Below, in pieces: positions 24,105 to 38,300 of a stretch of 64,000 bases of DNA. The stretch is from Eledone cirrhosa (lineage: Eukaryota), in assembly GCA_964016885.1 (NCBI GenBank), contig OZ024744.1:98146001-98210000 (forward strand), in the 5' to 3' direction. Under the pieces are notes generated by a model. That model did no database searches, was not told where the DNA came from, and saw only the letters and a list, made by a program, of their open reading frames with translations. The position numbers and the translations under genes were made by a program. Within the stretch, counting starts at the first letter, position 1; each line of letters opens with the position of its first letter.

Positions 24105-25920
24105 GTTTCTGAATTTGTTTTGCAAGATTCTTTATCTGAAAACGTGTGTTGAAACCGATATTGTTATACTTTGGGAGGGTCATGTTGCCAATAAGAAACA
24201 CACGCACCAGTTGCTTTCACTTCAATTTATTATAATAAATTTATAAATTTAGGAATTTATAAATTTACGGTTGGTTGGTTGGTTGGTTCCACAACCAGAT
24301 GATTGTTTATATATTGTCAAAGTTCTTTCGTCACACATTCTGTGACCTCTTCAGTGACTGGGGATTCTTTTCTTTGTTTTTGTGCCCTCCTTTGTTCTGT
24401 CCTACGCCATCTTGTTTTTGTGTGTGTTGTGTGCTTAGTTTGCGCATGTGTTACATCCGGGTGTCTGTGTGTGTTTATATTTGTTTATTTATTTGTTTAT
24501 TTACATGTTACTGGTTGGTTGTTTGTTCTATGTGCATGTGTGTTTTCATTTTGTCCTTAATTGTAAGTTGTGATGTTGCTGTTCCATTCATGTTTTCTAT
24601 TTAATTTTGGTTGGAGTTCATTTATGTTTATTGCCTCTGTGATTTGTCTAAACATTGCGTCTTTTCTGTGTGTAGATTCTATTTTTATTTCTATGTTCTC
24701 TAATTTACCCTTATGTTCTATTTAGCATGTTGGCAGAGTACAGATGATTCTTTACTATCTTGAAGGTCTCACCAGTGTTCATTTATCCATTCCCCTATAC
24801 TACGAGCTGTCTCACCTATGTACACTATATTCTTATCTCTACATTGTCCTTCAGTACATCTTATGCTATATACTACATTTCTAGTTTTACAGTTAATATG
24901 GGGGCTTAATTTACATATACATTTCTGGAGGTCTTTGGAAAGGGTATGTATTGTTAATAAGTGTTTTTATGGAGGTACATGGTCTTTCTACTATCTTAAT
25001 ATTGAGTTTATGTTTATCTAAGGCCCTTCTAAATGTGTAAGCTAATTCACCTCTAGGGGTTGTATCAATGAACATTACACTCTGGTATTTATTGCTATCA
25101 TACCATGAGTTTATTCTATTAACCTTATTCCTAGTTCTTTCTATTCTATTCCAAAATTTGCTCCTATACAAGGGGCAGGTCCCATTTGTGTCATTATTTA
25201 CCATTTTTTCCCATTTGGTTCTGGCTCCTCTATATACTCTGATTTTATCTCTCTGATTGTAACCAGAGAACTGCATGCGGTGGATGAAGTGTTGTATGTG
25301 TCTCTCTAGTTCTTTGGGGTTGTACATGCGGGACACGTTTCTCATCACCCGTACTAAATCCGCAATCAGTATGTTGATTTTGGTATGGTCTGAAACAGCT
25401 GAGTTTCGATGGATCAGATATTTGGAAGTCATGGGTTTGGCATAATGGGAATGGAGGATTTGTTTTTTGTTATTAATGGTATCTAACCAGAGCTCTGTGT
25501 CTACTACAGGTAATCGATGGTTGGGGTGTTTGCTTGGGTAGTCTATAGTAACTCTAATACTCTGGTGGATGGTGTTAGCTATTTGCTGGATGCTTTCCAT
25601 TGTGTTTTTCTCTAATTCCTGACTGTTCTCTAGTGGGGGTGTTTTTACTACGATGTTTATATCATCAACGTAGCGGGAGTACATTATCAGGGTTAAGGGG
25701 TTGCTGTCTTCTAATTGTTCTTTAAGTTTAGTTTAAGTCTATTGTCGCACCATACCATAAATAGGTTAGCTATGTCGCCTGCAATGCTAACACAAATGGC
25801 TGTTCCCTTCTCTTGGGCATATGTTTTTCCATTAAATTTGAACATATGTTCCTGAGGGGTTAATTTTATGCTGGCCCCCACCGCATGTGCAATCATTTTC
25901 TGACCATGTTATTCTTCACT
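24105..25920 (-). mobile_element. Penelope-like element, 5'-truncated (RT, GIY-YIG, pLTR)
   Basis: YAQEKGTAI, RYVDD, thumb region, then NVVYSIRC..YIGETARS at 24780-24890. Confidence 0.9.
24316..24358 (-). ncRNA. Hammerhead ribozyme downstream of PLE ORF
   Basis: gtca-CTGAAGA-g-gtcac agaatgt gtgac-GAAA-gaac-TT-tgac. Confidence 0.75.
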
Positions 25921-25928
25921 CTTTTACA

Positions 25929-26102
<174 letters not shown>

Positions 26103-26394
26103 AAACAGCTAGTTCCAGTTAGTGGAATATAACTTTGGTAAGTTTCGGCCAGTAATGGCCCATGCAATGTCTCACTTAATAGCACCACCTGACAGAATAT
26201 ATATATGAAACTGAAAAGTCTGTTTGTATAAAAAGCCATGCAATACAAGTGGATTATATTGCCAAGGTAATAAGTCAGAAGAGAATTGAGAGAGAAACCA
26301 AAATAAAAGAAAGGAAGAATGACTGAAAGTTATCTTAGAAATTTAATATTCCTATAAAAAAAATGAAATTGTGTATATATGCAATATATGCAGC

Positions 26395-26700
26395 AATGTT
26401 TCAAGTAGAGCCACCCGCATCAGACAATTCTGCAGGGTGTTAGAAACCAACTGCTACTCATACTCTTTTTCCATCCCGCAGCAGAACCACGCATCCAGAA
26501 GAAGGATCAACCCAGACAGTAGTTGCTTCTTCGTGATTCCACACCTCAGCAAAGAAACTACCAACGCCAAATGCAGGGCTATCTGGAGGAAAGACCTTAA
26601 CATCAGACTGGCCTACTTGGTACCTTTCCTGTGAAGATGCATATCTAAAAAACAGCCTCTAAGTGAGGAGAACACATATACCCTAAACAATTGCCCCATC
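26395..26700 (+). pseudogene. PLE remnant (RT-thumb/linker region)
   Basis: VLETNCYS..IPHLSKETTNAKCRAIWRKDLNIRLA aligns with LETNGYP..IPHLGENTTNAIRKAIRREGLDIHLA at 40686-40982. Confidence 0.65.
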
Positions 26701-27377
26701 CACAAATCATTATAGAAATATATACTATTTTGTATATATACAGCGTAATTGAAAAGTAACTCTCTATTGAATGCTGTGAGGTGAAATCTGGCCAGTTATC
26801 AGTACTTGGAAGAATATTGAAGATTTGATTTTGCTATTGTTCTATAGCGAGGATACTGGGTGTATGAATGTAACAAAACGAGACATGGTTTGTGTATATA
26901 ATATTTAATTAACGGTAGATAGAATACTTGACATGTCAAAGATAGATGTTAGAATGAAACAAAGTTAGTAGTTACCGTTTTGATTGCCAGGCAAACGCGG
27001 CTGGCAGAGGGCGCCTGGCTATGGCCAGGCGCCTGTTGGCCAAATTAATGGCAGAGCCAAATGAGAAGACTCTTGACCTGGTGCCGAAAAGGCAAAGAGA
27101 GAGGAAGCTTAAAGTTGTTAGTTTTATAGGGCTCTGATCGGAAGTCGCAGAAAGGGTTCCACCTCCCGTCTAGATCCCAATCAAAACAAGGGAGACAACC
27201 GCTACAGTTCTTTGTGAATGGCTGAATGCCCACTTACCTGGGAGATGGAAGGGTCATTGTGGTCTGCATGAGTGGCCAAATATCAACAGGATATAACAGG
27301 ATATCGTCTAACCCATGCCAGCATGGAAAAATGGGCGTTAAACAGTGATGATGATGATGATGATGATAATAGATATG

Positions 27378-27690
27378 AAGCCACATGGCTTAGTGGTTAG
27401 AGCATTGAGCTCACAATCATAAGGTTGTGAGTTTGAATCCTAAACCAGGTGGTGCATTGTGTTCTTGAGCGAAACACTTTATTTCACATTGCTCCAATTC
27501 ACTCCACTGTAGAAATGAGTTCCAAGCTGTGTCGGCCATTGCCTTTCCCTTGGACAACAGGGGACACTGGCATGCATGGGCAACTTCTGGTCTTCCACAA
27601 ACACAACTTGCCCAGACTTGTGCCTTAGAAGGGAACATTCTAGATGCAAAAACATGGTCATTCATGACTGAAGTGGGGCTACAACGTTAT
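27378..27690 (+). mobile_element. tRNA-derived SINE
   Basis: A box tggcttagtgg, B box gagtttgaatcc, CORE-like ttcttgagcgaaacactt. Confidence 0.7.
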
Positions 27691-27969
27691 CATCATCATC
27701 ATCATCATCATCTTACGTCCGCTTTTTCCCTGCTTGCAAGGGTGGGATGGGAACTGATTCTGGCTTCATTTCTACAGCTGGATGTCCTTCCTAACACCAA
27801 CCTCATTTACAGTGTGGGCTGGGTGCTTTTTTGCCATGGCACCTCCACGACGACTTTGCAGTGGAATGATAGGGACCCCAGTCCCTATCATCTCATTTCT
27901 ACAGCTGATTAAACTGGAGCAATGTGAAATAAAGTGTCTTGCTCAAGGAAACAGCAAATATCCCGATCT

Positions 27970-28035
<66 letters not shown>

Positions 28036-28039
28036 TGTA

Positions 28040-28308
28040 TGTATGTAGTTGGACATGCAATTTCTGTCAGTGGTTAAAGGCTGGTTATGTTAATCACCTG
28101 AAGTCACATGAAAGGATAACTACCTACAACACCACTCAACAAAGACCTGGCGAAACAACGCGTGTGATATGCACAAAATGTGTAGAACTAGTTCCAGACT
28201 AAAAAGACACATGGTGGTACATAAAGAGTGTGTCCCACTCGGTGACACCACCGGTCCTGTGGAAAGCATAACTCTCTTCTGTCACCTGTGTCATAAACCG
28301 CACAGATC
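28040..28308 (+). pseudogene. Decayed triple C2H2 zinc-finger segment, probably an RTE C-terminus
   Basis: CNFC..KAGYVNHLKSH, C..CRTSSRLKRHMVVH, CHLCHKP; frameshifted. Confidence 0.55.
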
Positions 28309-28406
28309 ATGTGTGTATGTATGTATGAATGTATGTATGTATGTATGTATGTATGTATGTATGTATGTATGTATGTATGTATGTATGTATGTATGTATGT
28401 ATGGAT

Positions 28407-30988
28407 GGATGTAAAATCACGTGTTAGGCGGAGTCTTTCTCAGATGAAGGATCAGTGGTGGAGTGAGAAGGCTGGTGAGATACAAACTGTCTGATTCCAA
28501 TAACACAAAGCTGTTGTACAGTCTCTTGCATGAGGTTTATGGACCGTCTTCTTCTCTGGTGACACCGCTTCGCAGCAAGGATAGCAAAGAACTTCTTCGT
28601 GACTCACAAGGATTTCTACGAAGGTGGCGAGAGAATTTGATGATCTTTTGAATCAGCCGTCTGTCGTCAGTGAAGATTTCCTCAATCTCATTCCAGAAAG
28701 TCCTGTGAAAGTAGATCTCGCAGAACCGCCGACGCTTGTGGAGGTTGCAGTGGCTATTTTGAAGCTGAACAGTGGAAGATCTCCAGGTATGGATGGCATA
28801 CATGCTGAGCTCCTACAATATGGTGGTGAGAGACTCCTGCAACATCTTCACTCTTTGTTTGGCAGGATATGGGCTAATGAATCCGTACCTGAGGACTGGA
28901 GAGATGTAGTAATGGTGGTCTTGTACAAGGGAAAGGGTAACAGGAACGATTGTGGGAACTACAGAGGTATATCATTGCTTTCTGTCGTAGGGAAAGTTTT
29001 ATGTAGGGTGCTTCTGGACCGTCTGCTGACACACATTGCAGATTGTGTTATTCCTGAAAGTCAATCTGGTTTTCGTGCTGGACGCTGCACTACTGATATG
29101 ATCTTCTCAACTAGACAGCTCCAGGAGAAGTGCATGGAACAAGGCTTGGATCTGTATCAGGTTTTTGTCGATCTGACAAAAGCTTTCGATACTGTTAACA
29201 GAGATGCATTATGGAAGGTTCTCCAGAAACTTGGTTGCCCTGATAAGTTCCTTGCTTTAGTTAGGTCTTTCCATGACAACATGAAGGCTTGGGTTAATGT
29301 CGGGGGTAACATGTGGGAGCCTATCTCAGTAAAAAATGGAGTGAAACAGGGGGATATTCCAGCACCGACCCCGTTTGCCATATACTTTGCAATGGTTTTC
29401 TGTATTGCATTCAGGAATTGTGGGCATGGTGTTTACATCCGATATCGAACCTCAGGCAGCATATTTAACATCAGGCGCTTTGCTGCGAAGACAAAAGTAT
29501 TTACATCAATCATAAGAGACCTCTTGTATGCAGATGATTGCGATCTTGTAGCGCACACAGAGAGTGATATGCAGCACATTTTGAATGCATTTTCTGACGC
29601 TTGCACTGCCCTAGGTCTGACTGTCAGTCTCAAGAAAACCGTCGTCATGTACCAACCTGCCCCTGGTAAGCAGTACACTGAACCAAACATCTATGTGTAT
29701 GGCAAACGACTTGGAGCGGTTGATCAGTTTGTCTACCTGGGAAGCACTGTCAATCGATACAGCAACCTTGACAGTGAAATCTCACTTAGGATTAGGAAAG
29801 CAAGTGATGCTTTCGGAAAGCTAGAAAGGCGACTCTGGGGTCAGCGAGACATATGCAGGAGGACAAAGGTAAAGGTGTACAGGGCATGTGTGCTCTCTTG
29901 TCTTCTTTATGCCTGCGAGACCTGGGTCACATATCGACACCACCTTAAGCAATTGGAGCGTTTCCATCAGATGTGTCTCAGACGGATCCATGGCGTTCAC
30001 TAGAGGGACCACATCAGTGATGTCGAGATTTTGGAAAGCTCTATGTGTGACAGTATAGAAGCTCTTGTGCTTAAGCAACGACTCCGTTGGAGTGGTCACC
30101 TTGCCAGGATGAAGGATTCTAGAATACCAAAACAACTCTTTTATGGGGAGTTGGTTAAAGGAAAACGACCGCCACATAAACCAAAAAAGAGGTATATGGA
30201 TTCCTTGAAAGCCTCTCTGAGAGACGCTAACATCTCTGCTGATACATGGGAGAATATTGCTGCTGATCGTAATAAATGGAGAAAGACTGTATATGAGGGA
30301 AAAGTTGCCTTTGAGGCATCTCGAATCGCATACGAGAAAGTAAAGCGGGATGTGAGGAAGGGCATTGCTGTTGCACTTCCAGACGGCGAGGGTCCTCCTA
30401 TGGTGCTGACATGCAGCGTATGTGTGAGACTCTGCCTAAGCAAAGCTGGACTCGAAAGTCATCTTCGCAGTCACAAAGTAAAACCAGTGGTTGACTACCA
30501 GGCTGCTGTTGGAGATGCTACTCATCATGCTTGCCAAACATGTGGTAGAGAATGTAAATCAGCAGGAGGGCTCAAGCGACATGCAAAACTCCAACCACAG
30601 CCGACTATTCCCAGTGAATGTTTTGGTTGCCGACTCTGTGCAAGACATTTTAGATCATTGGCTGGGCTAAAAAGCCACATTCGATCGCAGCGCTGTTAGT
30701 TGCTATCGTGTGTGTGTGTAGATATGCTTATGTGTGTGCGTGTGTGTGTATATATATGTGTATATGTATATTATTATTGTTGTTGTCGTTATTATTATTG
30801 TTGTTATTATTATTATTATTATTATTGTTATTAATGTATGTGTGTGTGTATATGTGTATGTATATGTATATATATATATATATATATATTTCTTTTTTTT
30901 TCTTTTTATTTATTTATTATTATTATTTTTTTTTTTTTTCTTCTCGTGCAATGGCCATACTCGATAACGAGGGGGCAGCCATCATCAT
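28407..30988 (+). mobile_element. RTE (BovB-like) LINE, 5'-truncated, RT plus three C2H2 fingers
   Basis: QSGFR, DLTKAFD, GVKQG, LLYADD; single in-frame TAG at 30001; inserted in (GTAT)n; catcat tail. Confidence 0.95.
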
Positions 30989-32022
30989 GTATGTATGTAT
31001 GTATGTATGTATGTATGTATGTATGTATGTATGTATGTATGTATGTATAGAGGGAACTTATAGATAGGACAACACACACTATCTTTTCGTGGGGTAAGTT
31101 TTTAATTAATTTTTGTATTCTGAAACATCAAAATACAACAATTTGTTGGTCACTGGACTCGGGAATGTCACGACAGAAGTTTGTGGAAGTTACACAAATA
31201 TTTTAGTATATTTTAGCAGAGCAATCCTTATTTATATTTTACATTTTACATTTACTTACATCTCAATATAACATGGTTAAAATTCAAATTTTGCAAAGAG
31301 AAGAAAACGGTCAAATGAACTAGATACATCTCACTGTCCCCACCACCACAATAACGTCTACACTCTCTCCCCACCATCACATGGCATTACCCTATCTAGA
31401 CTAAAGTCATCGACCTGTTGTCAAACTCACTACTCTCTGTTGAATGTGTATATATATATATATGTATGTATATGTGTGTATATACATCACTCAGTCAAAC
31501 GACCAGATTTCAACCCAAACAACTACAACAACAACAACACCGGCACTAATGTTTACAGCAACAACAGCTTCAGAATGAACTGAAATGAACATTTACAACA
31601 ACAACAGCGGCATCAAAAGATAAAAAAAATTTTTTTTTTAAAACCCTCAAAATAACAAAACACATACACACACGCACACAACAACAACAACATCAAATGC
31701 CACCACCACCACCGCCATCACCATCACCAGCGACTGGGCCTTAAGAAAACAACTTTAATAATAATTTTTCTGCTTTTGGTACGGATCCAGCGACTGACCC
31801 AGCGCATCACTGGTACTCTCTTTTGTTGACTCCGTGGGGATGAAAGGCAAGGTTGACCTCGGCGGGATTTAAGCTCAGAGCGTGGAGAGCCATAACTCTA
31901 TGCTGTAAAGCTATTATAATAATTGTTTCTACTTTGGACTGTAATACGATCGGCTTCAACTATACAGACTCTTGAAAGTCAACAGTTGACATAATCTTGT
32001 AATCTTGTATCAGTAATGACGG

Positions 32023-32066
<44 letters not shown>

Positions 32067-32189
32067 AAGTGAGTAGCGTGTGTGTGTTTGTTTGTATGTA
32101 TGAGTGTTGCTGTGTGCGCGCGTATGTATGCGTGTGTGTATATCGTACGTATAAGTGTCAATAAGTGAGTTTTTTTTTGTTTTTTTTTT

Positions 32190-34323
32190 GCGCGCGGGGA
32201 CATAGAAATAATCGGGCTGGATGCCCGATCGCGCAGTTAAACCACTGGGAGTGAAGAACCCCTAGCCCTTGTCAGGGCATTCTTCTAGGAGAAGGCATCT
32301 CAGGAAACTGGGTTAACTCCGACATAAAACCCGCGGCTCAGTAGTTACCGATGATGTTGATCTTTTCTTCTTTTCGGGTTATAGCTACTGTCGCTCAGAG
32401 AGTGGGATTGGCTCAGTGCACAGTCTTTCCTCACTTTAAAAATATTCGTCACGCACAGGCATTGCACGAGTGCATTAATAATTATTAATAGTGTACTATT
32501 ATTATTATTATTGTTATTACTATTATTATTACTTTTTTTTTTTTTTCCAATTCAATGATGTTCCAGAACAATATAAAAGATAATTGGCAATTTAGGTTCT
32601 GGAACAAAAAAGATAATTGGCAATAAGGGCAGGGGCCCCAGGTCCCGCTCGTCAGCCTGGACCCGCTCGTCATCGTGCCATTGTAATAGAGCCAAACAAG
32701 GCATTTAGTCTTGGCTGCTGGAACGTACGGACGCTGCTTGACAGGGATTCCTTGGAGCGTCCTGAACGAAGGACCGCTCTTGTTGCAAAGGAGCTTCAAC
32801 ATTACGATCTTGACATCGTGGCTTTATCTGAGACGAGGTTAGCTGGAGATGGTCATCTTACAGAATTTTGTGGAGAATATACATTCTTCTGGAAAGGAAG
32901 AGATGAAGGAACCAGAAAAGAGGCTGGGGTAGGATTTGCTGTTAAGACTGTACTTGTGAATAAATTAGAAGTAGGGATTAGTGAGCGTCTTATTTCCATG
33001 AGAGTTCCGCTGGACAAAGGAAGATATGCTACCCTGGTGAGTGTGTATGCTCCAACTATGAATTCTGTCGATGAAGAAAAAGTGTCCTTTTACCATGCCT
33101 TGAAAGGTGTTTTAAGAAATATCCCTCAGGCAGACAAAGTCATCGTGCTTGGTGACTTTAATGTTAGAGTGGGTAGGGATTTTAACACATGGAATGTAAT
33201 CGGAAGGCAAGGGGTGGGTAAGTGTAACAACAATGGTATGCTCCCGCTGCAGATGTGTGAGGAGCTGGATCTGTGTGTTACCGACACCATGTTCCAACAA
33301 AAGAACAAATTCAAGACCGCATGGATGCATCCTGCATCTAAGGAATGGCATCTTTTGGACTACGTCCTAGTCAGGATGCGTGACAGACAGGATGTGCAGT
33401 GTGTTCGTGTTCTTCGTAGAGCTGAGTGCTGGACGGACCACCGCCTGGTACACGTAAAAGTGAAACTAATCACTAAATGTAAAATCCGGGCTCCTGGTGT
33501 TGCCCTGCCCAAAAGATTGAATGCTGCTCGTCTTAAGGATAAAAATGTGAAGAGGACATTGGAAGAAGAGATGCAGGCTGCAGATCTTGGTGAGGATTGG
33601 CCGACCCTTAAAAAGTCGGTTTATGATGTAGGCAGGCGTGTTCTGGGATTGGTGCAGAGAAAACATCAGGACTGGTTTAATGAGAATGATGTACATATAG
33701 AAGACTTGCTGGCTGATAAGAGGCGTGCTCTGTCACGCTACTTGACGGCAAAACCACAGGAGAGGAATACGTTGCATGAGGAACTCAGGGATGTAAAATC
33801 ACGTGTTAGGCGGAGTCTTTCTCAGATGAAGGATCAGTGGTGGAGTGAGAAGACTGGTGAGATACAAACTGCGTCTGATTCCAATAACACAAAGCTGTTG
33901 TACAGTCTCTTGCGTGAGGTTTATGGACCGTCTTCTTCTCTGGTGACACCGCTTCGCAGCAAGGATGGCAAAGAACTTCTTCGTGACTCACAAGGATTTC
34001 TACGAAGGTGGCGAGAGCACTTTGATGATCTTTTGAATCAGCTGTCTGTCGTCAGTGAAGATTTCCTCAATCTCATTCCAGAAAGTCCTGTGAAAGTAGC
34101 TCTCGCAGAACCTCCGACGCTTGTGGAGGTTGCAGTGGCTATTTTGAAGCTGAACAGTGGAAGATCTCCAGGTATGGATGGCATACATGCTGAGCTCCTA
34201 CAATATGGTGGTGAGAGACTCCTGCAACATCTTCACTCTTTGTTTGGCAGGATATGGGCTAATGAATCCGTACCTGAGGACTGGAGAGATGCAGTAATGG
34301 TGGTCTTGTACAAGGGAAAGGGT
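32190..34323 (+). mobile_element. RTE (BovB-like) LINE 5' half: 5' UTR, APE endonuclease, linker
   Basis: WNVRTL, ALSETR, GVGF, VYAPT, LGDFN, LLDY, TDH; truncated at YKGKG; 33789-34323 nearly identical to 28407-28938. Confidence 0.95.
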
Positions 34324-35305
34324 ATTAAATTTCAAAATTCAAACCTGTTCTGATATTTAACCTGTTCGGATATTTCACTCTTTTATTTCTATTCCATTTC
34401 GATTCTCTTTATTTTTCAATTCATATTCCACCGTTGCGAAACTTATTTAGGTTTCGAGGTTCAAATTCGTCTACAGAACAGGTTTGAATTTTGAAATTTA
34501 AATCTGTCCAGGAATCATGGCCGTTGCCAATATAAGCTTGTCTTTATTGACTTATATCGAGACAGACAAATTGTATTCACTTTAATTAGTTTATTTCATT
34601 AATAGCTAACTTTGTCTGTTGCAATGTAAACACATTTCGTGTTTATCATATATTTTAAATGTATTTAACTGCTCGGAAGAGCCCCTTTTCCTGGAGCTTA
34701 ATTATTGTAAACGACTGAGAGTTTATTCTCAAAATATAATATAATGTATGGCTCCTTTATTGTAGAGCTGACCCTTAATCCTGCATAAGCGGCTGTTATT
34801 TCTAGCACCGTGAATGCGGGACGGCTAGTTTTGGCCTGCCTACACACGTGTAGTCAGACCTGCAACATTTTTGATGTGAGATATACTAATTTTACTGGAT
34901 TCCTGTTGATAAGCACAGAAGATTTGGATATTTCACTCTTTTATTTCTATTCCATTTCGATTCTCTTTATTTTTCAATTCACATTCCACCGTTGCGAAAC
35001 TTATTTAGGTTTCGAGGTTCAAATTCGTCTACAGAACAGGTTTGAATTTTGAAATTTAAATCTGTCCAGGAATCATGGCCGTTGCCAATATAACCTTGTC
35101 TTTATTGACTTATATCGAGACAGACAAATTGTATTTACTTTAATTAGTTTATTTCATTAATAGCTAACTTTGTCTGTTGCAATGTAAACACATTTCGTGT
35201 TTATCATATATTTTAAATGTATTTAACTGCTCGGAAGAGCCCCCTTTCCTGGAGCTTAATTATTGTAAACGACTGAGAGTTTATTCTCAAAATATAATAT
35301 AATAT
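34324..35305. repeat. Tandem about 375-bp direct repeat with short inverted 5' piece (PLE-like architecture)
   Basis: 34368-34745 repeats at 34927-35303; 34326-34352 is the reverse complement of 34474-34500. Confidence 0.7.
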
Positions 35306-35324
35306 ATATATATATATATATTAT

Positions 35325-38300
35325 AAAGGTGAAATTTATATATACTATAATAGAAGGGGCGGATATTAAGTGTGTAGAGGAGGAGGTACATTAGTTGAAT
35401 GAGACTCCAACCAAAGTATTTAATAAGATATAAACCCATAAGGTTTATTTCACCTATCCTCCTTAATAAAGCCTTAATTATGGCCATGCGAGTGTCTAGC
35501 CTTACACGACCGCAGATTGATGTTATACTAGCAGCCCGTAGGACTATCATCAAATTCGAGGATACACTTTGGACGCGTAAAAACACACCCAACAATTTCG
35601 ACGTTACAATGGGTTCGAGTGATTCGGCCCAGGTAACTGATCTTGTTGGGCTGTTCCTCCTAAATGAACTGTATGTTACCTTTCCGCACCTTAAAGGCGG
35701 ACTTTATCGTGACGATGCATTGTTTGTGATAAACAATGTTGAGCATAATAGGAAGAAACTTTATAAATTTTTTTAAAGTTTTAACCTTTCGATTACGATT
35801 GATAGAAATGATAGAGCGGTCAACTTTTTAGATGTGACTTTGGACTTGGTCACTAATAGTTATAAACCCTTCCATAAGCCAAATGAAATACTCTCTTATG
35901 TTAATCCCAATTCTAACCACCCCAAATCTATGATTAGCTCTATAATTAACGGTGTATCTAATAGAATTTCCACACTCTCTAAGGATATAGGAATATTTAA
36001 TTCACATGCAGAGTACTATAATAATGCCCTAGCTAACTCTGGTTACTCTGGTAAAATACGTTATAATGAGAACAACCCTAGAAAGTCTCCGTTTACCCAT
36101 AATAATAATAACGTAATTTCCCATAATATGGCCATGAATGGGAGTAGAAAGCATAAGAATCGTAGAAATCCCATAGGTGTATCCGAACCCATTCAAAGGT
36201 TAAGCTACCGTAATCGTAATAGTGAGTCTAATGGTACACTTTTCGGGATTAGTTCTAGGGAACAAGTTAGGCACTCTGATCGCTCACCCAGTGGTAATGT
36301 TTTTACTAATTCTAATAGTGTTGTTTCAACTGATCCTGGTAGTAACCCTAATCCTATTGATATGGTTCCAGATAACAGTAGATATACTAAAGGTAGAAAC
36401 AGAAGGAGACTCAATAGAGTTTTGGCTGCTTCTAATGATGTTGTTTCAACTAGTCCTCGTAGTAACCCTGATCCTATTAGTAGGATACTGGATAACGGTA
36501 GAGTTGGTAAGGATAGAAATAGGAGGAGACTCAATACTTATTTTAACCCGCCTTATGATCATGAAGTATTAACTAACATCCCTAGGTCTTTCTTTTCTAT
36601 CTTAGAGAAAAATTTCCCTCCTACTAATAAATACCATGGTATTTTTAATAAAAATGTAATTAAACTATCATTCTCTACCACCCCTAATATTAGTTCTCAT
36701 TTACCTAGCACTAACAATAAAAAAATTAGGGACAGTTACTCCTCTTTGCGTACTACTAGTCTTGATAGATCCATTAATGCCTTACCACCTGAGCAGACCT
36801 TATCTTATAATAACCCTAGAAGTGATGCATCACTTATTCAGCCGGTAAATAGCACCAGGAAGTGTAACTGTAGAGTGAGTGTTAACTGCCCTTTAAATGG
36901 TCACTGCCTCTCTAGGAACATTGTTTATGCTTGTGAAGTTAAGACTGATTCTTCTAATAGCACGTATATAGGTTCCACATCAAATACTTTTAAAACTAGG
37001 TTTAATTCTCATATCTCTAATTTTAAGCATGTTAAGTTTAAGAACTCTACTTCTTTAGCACACCATATCTGGGATCTTAAAGGGACAGGCATGCCATATA
37101 GCCTTAATTGGCGTATAGTAGCACGCTCTAATAACCTATCAACACACACTAAATTCTGTAATCTCTGTATCCTAGAAACCCACTCTATAATTTTCTCTAG
37201 GGAAGTTTTGCTTAATAGAAAGTCTGAGATATTTTCTTCCTGCCCCCATGCCATTTCTAATTCTTTCTTCTATTATAGACCTAAAAGTTCTGGTAGTTTA
37301 AATCGTATCCATTAGCTGCTATATTTCCTTATCTTTTTTGTTTAGGTTCATTTTGATTACCATCATCTTTATTATTATTAGTTTTTTTACAACTTTTCGA
37401 TTTTAGTTTCCATAGTCTTTTGGCTACCATACCCTATCTATCGTCTTAAGCATTATTATAGTTTCACTACTAACACCTTATGGGTTTATATCTTATTAAA
37501 TACTTTGGTTGGAGTCTCATTCAACTAATGTACCTCCTCCTCTACACACTTAATATCCACCCCTTCTATTATACTATATATAAATTTCACCTTTATGCTC
37601 CTTTTATGATATTATATAATATATGAATTTACTTTTATGCTCCTTCCTATCCTCCATAACCTCTCTTCTTTCTGTTCCCATTGGTCTACCATAGTTCTAT
37701 TTAGAGTCCTTTTATTTGATAAGGTTATTCGACTGAACGAAGCATATTTTACTCTATTCTTGATAATTTTATTGAGATATCTTAAACTTATACGGTTTTG
37801 ATGACTTAAACACTAGCTAATTTTGAAGTGACTAAATATGTATTTTAAATACTTTTAATATTAATTAATTTAAAAAGGTTTTCTAGTCAACTCTCTGGTC
37901 TACATTTCTATCTTTTTTCTTTTACTTAACCGCTTGTGACACCTAAGTAAATATACTTGTTTTTGTTTTTCGATCTTCGGTTTATTTTATTATTTTACTA
38001 CCACACGCTGTTTGTCTGACCATGTAATTTCATTAATATATGTCTGTATGTCAACCACGTAAATATATTTTGTAGTATTTTGTGATATTTTGGTAATATT
38101 TATGCCAATGTAAAATGACTTGACCTCCGTGTATTTGTTACAATGGTATAGATATTTTTTCAACACAATTTTTTCAACACTATTTGATTTTTTCTTACCC
38201 TGTGTAAAACTTTATACTATTTGTTAACTTTGAATTATATGTATGATGTAATTTTGTATATCTTTTGATGCCAATATATTATAATATTGTTATTATAATG

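Noticed and set aside
26870-27288. Possible minus-strand solo LTR
   Set aside because: No TSD, PBS or PPT found.
27378-27450. tRNA gene
   Set aside because: A and B boxes belong to a SINE head; no full cloverleaf.
32190-32330. HDV-like ribozyme in the RTE 5' UTR
   Set aside because: Known in some RTEs and hairpins are visible, but I could not assign the nested double pseudoknot by eye.
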